IMG/VR virus record: IMGVR_UViG_3300030390_001073
Length of the DNA: 64,000 nt
Reading direction: 5' to 3' (one strand)
Origin: an uncultured virus (IMG/VR IMGVR_UViG_3300030390_001073)
Taxonomy: Duplodnaviria > Heunggongvirae > Uroviricota > Caudoviricetes
Positions 56,443 through 64,000 of the stretch are shown one piece after another (position 1 is the first letter of the stretch; each line of letters begins with the position of its first letter). Made by a program: the position numbers and the translations under genes. The notes below the pieces were generated by a model. That model made no database searches. It had not been told where the DNA came from and saw nothing but the letters and a program-made list of their open reading frames with translations.

Positions 56443-56631
56443 ATGCCTTTAAAAGGAGTAGATTTTGAACGTTTAAAACACATCAACTTTGTGATGAACG
56501 AAATTCATGACTCTAACAATGAAATATATGAGCTTCTCGTAGAACAACAATATCCTGAATTAAGAGTAGAAGTTTTAAATAACATTAGAATGTTGCGTTC
56601 TATATTAGAAAACATGGAAGATGAAATTTAA
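56443..56631 (+). CDS. hypothetical protein
   Basis: 62 aa helical ORF. Confidence 0.55.
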   Translation: MPLKGVDFERLKHINFVMNEIHDSNNEIYELLVEQQYPELRVEVLNNIRMLRSILENMEDEI

Positions 56632-57370
56632 TCAACCAACAGGAGACAAATATACTAATGATGAAATAAGACCACGACTAAGTGGAAACAAAAGATTATC
56701 CTATGAAAATTTAAACAGGGATGAAAGAAGAATTTTAGTTATAGGAGACTTACATGCTCCATTTGTTTTAAAAGGATATTTAGAATTTTGCAAAGAAGTA
56801 TATGCAAACTACAATTGCAACCAAGTAATTTATATTGGAGATATTTTGGATAATCATGCATTTTCATATCATGAGCCAACTCCGGACGGTTATTCAGCCG
56901 GCAATGAATTATCTTTAGCAATAGAAACAGTAAAGAAATGGTACAAAGCGTTCCCTGTAGCTGATGTTTGCATCGGAAATCATGATAGGATGGCTGCAAG
57001 GAAGGCAATGTCAGGGGGTATACCTTCGGCATGGATTAAGTCTTATAACGCAGTATTAGGCACTCCTAATTGGAATTGGGTAGAGTCTATTGCCTATGAT
57101 AATGTGCTTTATGAGCATGGAGAAGGAGGTCAGGCTGCTAGAAAGGCACAGCAAAATATGATGTCAAGTGTTTGCGGTCATACACATACCTCTGCTTATG
57201 TCCAATGGTTCGTTGGAAAAAACTTTCGAGTCTTTGCGATGCAATCCGGCTGTGGTGTGGACTCTAAAAGCTATGCATCTGCATATGCTAAAAATTTTAA
57301 AAAACAAGCTATTGGATGCGGAGTTGTTCTCGGTGGTCACACAGCTATAAGTAAAATGATGGAATTATGA
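56621..57370 (+). CDS. calcineurin-like metallophosphoesterase
   Basis: GDLH, GDILD, GNHD, HG and GHTH motifs. Confidence 0.9.
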   Translation: MKFNQPTGDKYTNDEIRPRLSGNKRLSYENLNRDERRILVIGDLHAPFVLKGYLEFCKEVYANYNCNQVIYIGDILDNHAFSYHEPTPDGYSAGNELSLAIETVKKWYKAFPVADVCIGNHDRMAARKAMSGGIPSAWIKSYNAVLGTPNWNWVESIAYDNVLYEHGEGGQAARKAQQNMMSSVCGHTHTSAYVQWFVGKNFRVFAMQSGCGVDSKSYASAYAKNFKKQAIGCGVVLGGHTAISKMMEL

Positions 57371-57531
57371 TATGTCCTAAATGTAAAGAAAAACTATTGT
57401 GGGGTGGCGAACACGACTCTGACTATGATGATGATGCAGGTGGCATAGTAGGTAACTATACCTGTACAAATGAAGAATGTGATGTAGATAGTGTATACAT
57501 ATACACTAAATTTGATATAGATGAGGTTTGA
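57367..57531 (+). CDS. small zinc-ribbon protein (54 aa)
   Basis: MICPKC...WGGEHD...YTCTNEEC, manual translation; ATGA coupling. Confidence 0.7.
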   Translation: MICPKCKEKLLWGGEHDSDYDDDAGGIVGNYTCTNEECDVDSVYIYTKFDIDEV

Positions 57532-57934
57532 AAATGAAAAAGATTTAGAAAGAGAGAAGAAAGCTATCAAGACATTTGTAACAGAATTTAATGGTAGCTT
57601 TAAAAAACTTGATGACAACGATATAGACTTTAAAATTTTTGATAGTAAAGGAAATCATATAGCTTATGCAGAAGTAAAAGGAAGATTAAAAAGTATAAAA
57701 GATGCCTACCCTTTACCTGTAGCAGCTAGAAAACTTGTAAAACTTGCTGATAAAAGATTAAATCCTGTTATGATTTGGAGTTGTTTTGATGGAATAATAT
57801 ACTGTCAAGTAAAACATATGAGAGGGTTAGTAACATGGGGAGGAAGAAAACCACGAACACATTCATATAACGACCAAGAACTAATGATTTATTTTAACAA
57901 GAAAGATTCTCCCTTTAAAATTATTTCTTTTTAA
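57521..57934 (+). CDS. putative PD-(D/E)XK nuclease
   Basis: IDF.....AYAEVKGR motif. Confidence 0.6.
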   Translation: MRFENEKDLEREKKAIKTFVTEFNGSFKKLDDNDIDFKIFDSKGNHIAYAEVKGRLKSIKDAYPLPVAARKLVKLADKRLNPVMIWSCFDGIIYCQVKHMRGLVTWGGRKPRTHSYNDQELMIYFNKKDSPFKIISF

Positions 57935-60900
57935 GTTTTTCTTTTAACTTTCTCTTTTCAGCATCTAAATTTTTAACTGTTTCATAAAGTTTTGGATTAA
58001 ACTCTTTAAGTATTTTCCTGCTTATTCCTTTGCCACTTCCCTTTTTAGTTCCACGCTTTCCTGATGCAGGTCTGCCACCTTGAGGTACACCCAATATATC
58101 ATAGATATATTGTTCAGTATCTTCGCCATTCATTATTATATTAACACCACCTTCAAAGAAGTCAAATTGAAATCCTGCCAAAAATTCTGCAGCAGGTTTT
58201 AAACCTTTTAATACCTCATTATCTCCAAACTGTCTCATCATTTCTCGAGTTATTCTTTCAACAGGTTCAACTGTAGATTGATTTCTCTCAAAAGCAGTCA
58301 TTTTTCTTCCTTTTACCATATAAAAAAGAAATGAATTTATTGTACCTCCTAATACAGGAACTTGTTCTAGTTGTGATGCACCATACATAGCTAATTTTAT
58401 TTTGTCATAAGCTTTTTCTTTCTCTTTGTCATCACCCCTCATTAAAACAAACATCTGTGATGCCATAACAAAGAACATAGGTGCTAAAGCTCCTGATAAT
58501 AATAATCCTCTGACATCTGCTTGATTTACTTTGTTTTCATTAGAAAAAGCTTCTTTAAAATTACCTTTTAGAATTTCTTCTCCTTGATTACGAAGACTTC
58601 TACTAATATTTCTAAATCTCATTGCATTTTCATTCAATAGTAAAAGTAGTGAACTTCCAAATGTAGTAAACAATCGTAATAAACCACCTTCCATTTGAAG
58701 ACCACCTTTATCCATATCTCTTCGAGATTGTTGAGTCATGTTGTATTCAACAAATCTCATGGTAGCATCTATTTCAGACATTCCGTTTGCAATGTCTTGA
58801 TTATATGTAGCTAAATAACCTAGCACACCCAATATATCTCCTATTGTAGTACCCGCTCCTAAAAAAGCATTTATTTTTTCACTTAATTGTCTTGGAGTAA
58901 GTTCTATTTTATTCAGTCCCGGCAATTTCATAACATACTTAATTCCAAATTCACCAAGAGCTACTTGTGTATTTAAACCGAGCTTTTGACCTGACTCTAA
59001 TTCTGCTATACTAGCTCCTGTTAAAGCATCAGCCATTCTTTTTTCAAATCCTGCTGATATTCTTTTAGCTGTTTTCATTCCACCTTCTTTTCCTAAAGCT
59101 GTCATAGCTAAAACTTGAGCATATCTAAACGTAAACATTAATGCATCTAAAGGAAGGGCAGGTAATTCAGCTGCTAAACCTGTAATTCCACCTTTTTTTC
59201 TAGCTCTTCCTAATGTACCTAAAGCTCCTTTTTGTTCTGTAGTAAAGTTAGTAAACGCCATTATAGATGATGTAAATTGTTTAGGTATTTGCATCAATTT
59301 TAAATTAAGTGTATAAGAGATAAATCCTCCCATTACAAAATTTATTAAAGCATTCATTTGTGTAGAATTACCAAGCGTACCATTAATAGAATAATTTAAT
59401 AATTTATTAACGAGGTCTGTAGTTCCTGTTGCATCTAATAAATTAGCTATAGATGGAGTATTTAAAAGTTTATTAAACAAAGAAACAGTATCGGCATAAG
59501 CTTTATACCTTTCCATTTCTTGAATATGATTGTTTAATTTATTTGTAAAACTAGAATTTAAATCAAGAGGACCTTTCTTTCCTCTTGTTTTTACACTACC
59601 CGGAGAATTGCCTTTAAATGCTGAACCATAATTATTAGGGTTTTGTAAATCTGCTTGTTGACTTTTTCTTGAATCAAACTGTACAGCTACAGGAAAATAA
59701 TCTTGTATTTTTTCAAGAGATACATCATTATTTTTTATATATACATTGTTGACACCTTCAAAATAAGTATTAGTCAACCACTCTACAACCCCGTCTACAT
59801 AGGCAACTAATTTATTTCCTAAATGTTTTTGTATTTGTTCTATAATTTCATCTGTTATGCCTTGTTCTTTTTGACGTTTTCTTGTGTCATTATTTTTACT
59901 ATAAGCATACATACTCATTAACATGTCAGCATCAAAAAGTTTTCTTTTACCGTCAATTACTAATTCTAAATTTGGTTTACTGTATATTTCTTGTGGTAAT
60001 CCTACAACTCTACCTTTAGTTATACCGGCTTTTTTTGCTATGTTATCTAATTCAGTATTACTATCTCTTATACCCTCTTCTCTATTAAAATTAGAAGTTG
60101 TCAATCTTTTTTGAAACACTCTAGTAAAGAATTTTCCTTTACGACCATCAAGCATATTAAATACTGTTCCTGTGTGAGATAATAGACCATCAAAGAATTG
60201 TCTTAACGTTACAGCCGGGTTCACACTTGCACCTATATTTTTATATCCACTAAAAAATTGTTCTGCATAATCTCTTGCAGTTTGCACAAATCCATTATCT
60301 TTTAAAGAAGTTAATATGTTTTTTCTATTATTATTAATTTCTTCAGGAGTTAATGGTCTACCACTTTCATCGAATAAAAAAGGATTGTCTGCTAAAATAT
60401 CTTTATCGGCTTCTCTTTCTAGTTTTGCAGCTTCTTTTCTTCTGTTATCAATTCTATCTAAAAGTTTCTTTCTAGATTCTTTTGTCTCTTCTTTTAAAGC
60501 TTGAAACATATCTTCGAGTTCAGCTAAGGACATTTCATTTACATTACCCATTCTTGAATATGCTTCTACTTCGGCTAAAAGTGTAACTTGGTCTGAATTT
60601 AAAATATTTTGAGAATTTAAATCGTCAGCCAAAGCTTCATCTATTTCTGATTCTTTTTTAGCTAGTTCTTCTTGTTTAGAATTTAATTCATCAGGTGTCA
60701 TCTGCATTAGTCTATCTACAGCTTTAAAAAACTCCATTCCTCTGTACTCAACAGTTCCTGCTTTAGGTTTCTTAGCACTTTTTTTAGCTTTACTTTTAGA
60801 TTTAACGTAATCTGAAATTTTATTTCTTAAATCTTTAATATCTTTTGCTATAATTACATCGGCTATATCTTGAACTTCTAATACAGTTGCTCTAAAGTTA

Positions 60901-63900
60901 TCTTCATTTACCTTAGCCATCTTTTTTATTAATCTATCTAACTTAGCTTTATTAATATTATCTGACTTAGGTATTAGTGCTTGTATTACGTTTTGTAATT
61001 TATTTCTAGTAGCTAAATTAACTTTGTCTTGTTTTTTACGACCTCTTAATTCAGAAAGAATTTCATTTATTTCTCTTTGTGTTTGCACACCTGCCTTGCT
61101 TCCTAACATCTTATCATAAGCAACAATCAAGTTTTGTCTGTCTAATTCAGATAAGCTTTTAAATTTTTCATTGCTTTCAATTTCTTTTTTCCTAGCTTCT
61201 CTCTCTGATTTATTATTAGTACGTTTACCTTCAGCTTTATCTTTTGCTTGTCTAGCTTCACGAACTTGGTCTAGTTCTTGCAGGATTTCTCTACCAACAT
61301 TTATACCACCTTCTATATTAGCAAACGCAGGAGGTACTTGTATGTTAATAGCCATATCATCTACTGCTTTTTTAGCATCTGTTCTAGACAATTTATTTCT
61401 TTTAACTAATACCTCAATTATTTGATTCTTTGTAAACCCTAATTGTCTTCCACGATAAATAACGTCTTCTACTGACAATCCTTTTCTAAATGCTAATTCA
61501 GGATTTTTTAAAGCTTTCTTTTGTATATCTGTTAAAGCTATTTCTTTACCACTAAATATATCTGCTAATGCAGTTCCAATAAACTTATCAAGATTCATGT
61601 CTCGAATCTCTTGTTCGGTCAAGTCTTTAGACATTTTAAATTGACTCTTGATATATTTCCACATACCAAATAACCATTCTTTAAATTTAGAAAGTAATGT
61701 TGAATTAGCTATAGTTTCGCCTTCGTTACCAATTAAAATAGCCATTGTTTCGTCAGCTGCTTTTTTAGAATCGCCATCAAACTTTTTTAATTGTTTCTTA
61801 TATTCATCTGTTTTGCTAACTAACTCTACACCTCTTGCATATATACGTTTGCCTTTAGCAGTTGTTTGTAAATAGTCAGTCCAAATGTGACCCATCTCAT
61901 GTATTGCTGTATTATATAAAGAGCTTTCATTATTATGTACATCAGGATTTATATATATATCTCCATTTTTAGTAACACCATATATTACTTCATTGCCTTT
62001 TAAATACTTTTGAGTACCGGGTTCATTGATAACTTGTTGAAACACCTCACTATCTACACTCATCATCACGCTAGGAAAAGATTTGTTAATGAAGTTTACA
62101 AGTTTATTAATATTGCTTTGGTTATAATTAGCTAACGCTCCTATGTAATCTTTAGAAGCTATGCCAATGCCAATGCCTGTTTGATTAGTTCTTAATTGTT
62201 TACCCGTAACTTTTGTGCTAGATTTTTTTACTGTTTTACCTTTTACTTTTTTCTTAGAAGGTGTTTGTTCTTTTTCTATTAAACTTCCTAAAGCTTTTTC
62301 ATATGCTATAGGATAAGCTTTCTCCATTGCCACCGGATTAGATAAAACCCCTATTGATTTTCCTTTAGGTGCAAACGGATAGTTAGGATGATTAGATTTA
62401 AGAACTTCAGGATTTAAAACATCTACACCTACAACACCAATTATACTTAACTCAGGCACATTTTTTAATTGTGGGTCGGTAATAATTTCTGCAATGCTTC
62501 CAATGTTAACTAATTTATTATTAGATTTATCTTGATTCTCCATTAAAGCTCTAGTAACTGTAGAGCTTTTAGCAATAGTACCGGCTTCTTTAGTTTCATT
62601 TGGTTTGTTAACCGTACCGTATCCTATTATTTTCATAAGATTAGCTCTAGCTCCAAGTCCTAATTTATCAACAAATGCAGGTGCTACTACATCATCAATA
62701 GAATTAAGGTTATCAGATTCTAACAATGCAATTATATCATTAAATGGTTTCTTTTTATCCGACTTATCTCTTCGGCTTATAATTTCTTCCTTCAAAGCTT
62801 CTAAAGCTTTTACTCTATTTTCTTCAGGTAACTTAGTAATATTGTCAGCCAAGACTCTAAACATAGCTTCATTAGATACAATACCATCTTCAGCCATTTT
62901 AACTACATTAACCATAACCAAGCCATTGTAATCAGGATTTTCTTCCCAAAATTTATCGTAAACTTCTTTATTGTTATTATATATATTTTGAGCTTTATTA
63001 ATCATTCCTTGAGCAGTCTTTTCATTAGTGCTTGCCCAAGCAGCGTTTTCATTTCCTACCGTACCATTAAAACCTATAGCTCCTTTTAAATTATCTATTG
63101 TTTTTCCTGTATTTGGATTGACTGTATTACCTGTTGTAAGTTGGTCAGATATAGTAAATGAAGTTGGTAAATCATTTACAACATCGAAAGTTGTTTCATT
63201 TAATTTATTATCTGTTCTGTTGTTTAATTCATCAACATCTATAGATACACTTTCTTCATCTCTTTCAATTTTAACATTTACGTTATCACTTTCTAATTCG
63301 TTAATTTTTGAAGTTATATTTTCTACTCTTTCTCTATTTGGTTCAGTAACAGCATCATCTTTTAATCTAAAATTAACTGACTCATCTACATCTAGTTGTT
63401 GTTCAAGTCTTTCTACAGCTTCCATGTCAACATCCTCAGTTGTTTCCGATTCATAAACAATTTCAAAAGTTCCGTCAGGATTAATTTTTTCTATAACAGA
63501 TACATCATCTAAAGTATAACCACCTTTTATATGACCATCAACGTCATTTTTCATTCTAAGTTTATTGTCAGGTAAAGCAGAATCTATTACATCTCCTTTA
63601 TAAGTTACTCTATATTCAGCATCTGTAGCTGTTGTAACTTTTTCTGAGTTGGTAACATCTACACCAAAGGATTTGTTTTTACCTTCAATAGTTTCATTAT
63701 TATTAAGAGCATCAACTTCAGATTGTCCTACAAATCTATAAGTAGGTTTAAACTTCCAATCAATTCCATACTTCTCAAATCTTTGTTGCATATCAACATC
63801 CCCTGCTCTTGCTTTTTCTAAATCACTTATTTCTTGTTGGTTACTTTCTCCGGAAGATTCTTGATTTTCACCGGGTACTTGTTCTTCCATTTGTTGAACA

Positions 63901-64000
63901 GGTCCTTTCGGTTGGCTGCTAGCCATCTCGCTTGTCTCTTGCTTTGTATCGGCATCGGTATCTATTTTTATTAATTCAGATGGGTTAAGGTCAATCCCTA
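57921..64000 (-). CDS. C-terminal part of a giant polyvalent-type virion protein (5' end outside window)
   Basis: The frame is open upstream of Met 63926 to the window edge (GIDLNPSELIKIDTDADTKQETSEM...). It contains a HEMGH zincin motif at 61887-61901 and a long helical C-terminal region. Confidence 0.8.
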   Translation of the reverse strand, partial: GIDLNPSELIKIDTDADTKQETSEMASSQPKGPVQQMEEQVPGENQESSGESNQQEISDLEKARAGDVDMQQRFEKYGIDWKFKPTYRFVGQSEVDALNNNETIEGKNKSFGVDVTNSEKVTTATDAEYRVTYKGDVIDSALPDNKLRMKNDVDGHIKGGYTLDDVSVIEKINPDGTFEIVYESETTEDVDMEAVERLEQQLDVDESVNFRLKDDAVTEPNRERVENITSKINELESDNVNVKIERDEESVSIDVDELNNRTDNKLNETTFDVVNDLPTSFTISDQLTTGNTVNPNTGKTIDNLKGAIGFNGTVGNENAAWASTNEKTAQGMINKAQNIYNNNKEVYDKFWEENPDYNGLVMVNVVKMAEDGIVSNEAMFRVLADNITKLPEENRVKALEALKEEIISRRDKSDKKKPFNDIIALLESDNLNSIDDVVAPAFVDKLGLGARANLMKIIGYGTVNKPNETKEAGTIAKSSTVTRALMENQDKSNNKLVNIGSIAEIITDPQLKNVPELSIIGVVGVDVLNPEVLKSNHPNYPFAPKGKSIGVLSNPVAMEKAYPIAYEKALGSLIEKEQTPSKKKVKGKTVKKSSTKVTGKQLRTNQTGIGIGIASKDYIGALANYNQSNINKLVNFINKSFPSVMMSVDSEVFQQVINEPGTQKYLKGNEVIYGVTKNGDIYINPDVHNNESSLYNTAIHEMGHIWTDYLQTTAKGKRIYARGVELVSKTDEYKKQLKKFDGDSKKAADETMAILIGNEGETIANSTLLSKFKEWLFGMWKYIKSQFKMSKDLTEQEIRDMNLDKFIGTALADIFSGKEIALTDIQKKALKNPELAFRKGLSVEDVIYRGRQLGFTKNQIIEVLVKRNKLSRTDAKKAVDDMAINIQVPPAFANIEGGINVGREILQELDQVREARQAKDKAEGKRTNNKSEREARKKEIESNEKFKSLSELDRQNLIVAYDKMLGSKAGVQTQREINEILSELRGRKKQDKVNLATRNKLQNVIQALIPKSDNINKAKLDRLIKKMAKVNEDNFRATVLEVQDIADVIIAKDIKDLRNKISDYVKSKSKAKKSAKKPKAGTVEYRGMEFFKAVDRLMQMTPDELNSKQEELAKKESEIDEALADDLNSQNILNSDQVTLLAEVEAYSRMGNVNEMSLAELEDMFQALKEETKESRKKLLDRIDNRRKEAAKLEREADKDILADNPFLFDESGRPLTPEEINNNRKNILTSLKDNGFVQTARDYAEQFFSGYKNIGASVNPAVTLRQFFDGLLSHTGTVFNMLDGRKGKFFTRVFQKRLTTSNFNREEGIRDSNTELDNIAKKAGITKGRVVGLPQEIYSKPNLELVIDGKRKLFDADMLMSMYAYSKNNDTRKRQKEQGITDEIIEQIQKHLGNKLVAYVDGVVEWLTNTYFEGVNNVYIKNNDVSLEKIQDYFPVAVQFDSRKSQQADLQNPNNYGSAFKGNSPGSVKTRGKKGPLDLNSSFTNKLNNHIQEMERYKAYADTVSLFNKLLNTPSIANLLDATGTTDLVNKLLNYSINGTLGNSTQMNALINFVMGGFISYTLNLKLMQIPKQFTSSIMAFTNFTTEQKGALGTLGRARKKGGITGLAAELPALPLDALMFTFRYAQVLAMTALGKEGGMKTAKRISAGFEKRMADALTGASIAELESGQKLGLNTQVALGEFGIKYVMKLPGLNKIELTPRQLSEKINAFLGAGTTIGDILGVLGYLATYNQDIANGMSEIDATMRFVEYNMTQQSRRDMDKGGLQMEGGLLRLFTTFGSSLLLLLNENAMRFRNISRSLRNQGEEILKGNFKEAFSNENKVNQADVRGLLLSGALAPMFFVMASQMFVLMRGDDKEKEKAYDKIKLAMYGASQLEQVPVLGGTINSFLFYMVKGRKMTAFERNQSTVEPVERITREMMRQFGDNEVLKGLKPAAEFLAGFQFDFFEGGVNIIMNGEDTEQYIYDILGVPQGGRPASGKRGTKKGSGKGISRKILKEFNPKLYETVKNLDAEKRKLKEKLKKK
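63827..63955 (-). CDS. 42-aa basic protein overprinted in another frame of the giant gene
   Basis: MPIQSKRQARWLAANRKDLFNKWKNKYPVKIKNLPEKVTNKK with an A-rich upstream context. Confidence 0.6.
   Translation of the reverse strand: MPIQSKRQARWLAANRKDLFNKWKNKYPVKIKNLPEKVTNKK

Noticed and set aside
68..63456. Many short ORFs antisense to long genes (e.g. 2659-3012, 34283-34708, 42427-42945, 63028-63456)
   Set aside because: They are shadow frames of well-supported genes with no recognisable motifs.
63924..63926. Met 63926 as the true start of the 2001-aa ORF
   Set aside because: The frame stays open upstream to the window edge.
57921..64000. crAss-like virion RNA polymerase in the giant protein
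   Set aside because: I saw no convincing DxDxD catalytic motif context in the visible parts. The missing middle portion cannot be assessed.
1..64000. Alternative genetic code (stop-codon reassignment)
   Set aside because: Standard-code ORFs are long and tile the window densely, and TAA, TAG and TGA all occur at plausible gene ends.

Overview
Most of the genome of an AT-rich tailed dsDNA phage, probably a podovirus-like phage of a Bacteroidota (likely Flavobacteriia) host. The host call rests on many intergenic TAnnTTTG promoters, AT-rich leaders without Shine-Dalgarno motifs, and a BT4734/VirE-type primase. The minus strand from 43.5 kb down to 1 carries GroEL/GroES, a cluster of tiny basic proteins, a lysis module, repeat-rich fibre proteins, terminase, portal, scaffold, major capsid, tail proteins and putative ejected core proteins. 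The plus strand from 44 to 58 kb carries early genes (ArdC-like first) and recombination/replication genes. One minus-strand ORF runs off the left edge and another enters from the right edge; they are probably the two ends of one giant virion protein on a circularly permuted genome. The most notable signals are non-coding and lie in the early region: two copies of a small H-type pseudoknot fused directly to a type III hammerhead ribozyme, bracketing one gene, plus an anticodon-less tRNA-like element. Other notable signals are a 42-aa gene overprinted in the giant ORF, two similarly built TCAACA-repeat regions, and apparent avoidance of CCAG/CTGG and GATC. All family assignments come from motif recognition by eye; no database searches were run.
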